From assembly GCF_009914755.1 (NCBI RefSeq), contig NC_060927.1: a stretch of 64,000 nucleotides of DNA; one strand, 5' to 3'. Shown here piece after piece: positions 63,497-64,000 of the stretch (its first letter is position 1; each line of letters begins with the position of its first letter). Source of the stretch: the human T2T-CHM13v2.0 reference genome, Homo sapiens. The notes below the pieces were generated by a model. The model had not been told where the DNA came from. It was given only the letters and a program-made list of their open reading frames with translations, and ran no database searches. The position numbers and the translations under genes were made by a program.

Positions 63497-64000
63497 AAAA
63501 GTGGGGTTCTGTTAGTAAGGAAGAAGTAGGAGCAGCTATTGCAGAGGCTTTGAAGAAAACACCTAGTGATGAGGAAATTGAGGACCAGAGAATGAGTGAT
63601 GCTATGTGAAGGGCACACGGTGATTAGGCAGATGGCTGTGTCACTAATTTCTCTGCCCCTCTAGAAACATGCCTTCAACCCTACCTTGCCCGGGGGGCTG
63701 ACCTCCTCTGCCCATTTTCTGTGGTCAAAGTTTGCTGGTTTGTGGACTGACCTGCCCCAAAGCTCTCACTCTGAAAAGAAGGAAAAGGAGAGGAGACAGA
63801 ATAGCCATGGGCATTTATTGAGCATCAACTGCATACCAGGCACTTTTTCATGTAAGCTCATGGGGCCTCTAGTCTAAAAGAAAAGTGTTACTGTCAGCAT
63901 TTCACAGACAAGAAAACCAAGACCAGAGAGGAAGCAGCTGTCCAGTGTGGCACAGCGACTTAGTGGCAAGGGCAGGACTCACAGCCCAGCCTGATGGCCC

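Overview
Primate (almost certainly human) genomic DNA, not microbial. It holds two divergently transcribed protein-coding genes in a dense transposable-element landscape. Minus strand: the 5' part of CFAP92 (formerly KIAA1257; cilia/flagella-associated), with nine coding exons traced by hand from ATG 50185 to 1799. All splice sites are GT-AG, the phases match, and the gene continues off the left edge. Plus strand: EFCC1 coding exons 1-2 (58510-59205, 60675-60958), continuing to the right. CFAP92 introns carry a full-length SVA (F-like) nested in an AluY tail, a two-LTR HERV-H provirus (LTR7Y-like), a solo LTR7B inside an Alu, MER48-like and MLT2A solo LTRs, a near-complete Tigger1, a 5'-truncated L1PA, old L1M/L2/MIR/MLT1/MER fragments and about 40 Alus. 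I see no wholly new biological system. The best leads are the SVA's short 5' transduction and nesting, the HERV-H 3' LTR about 110 nt from a coding exon, a set of co-oriented LTRs antisense to CFAP92, a weak-donor/intronic-polyA switch giving a 409-aa short isoform, an X-box and 62-bp duplication at the CFAP92 promoter, and tight inverted Alu pairs. Gene and subfamily names come from recall of known sequences, not from database searches.
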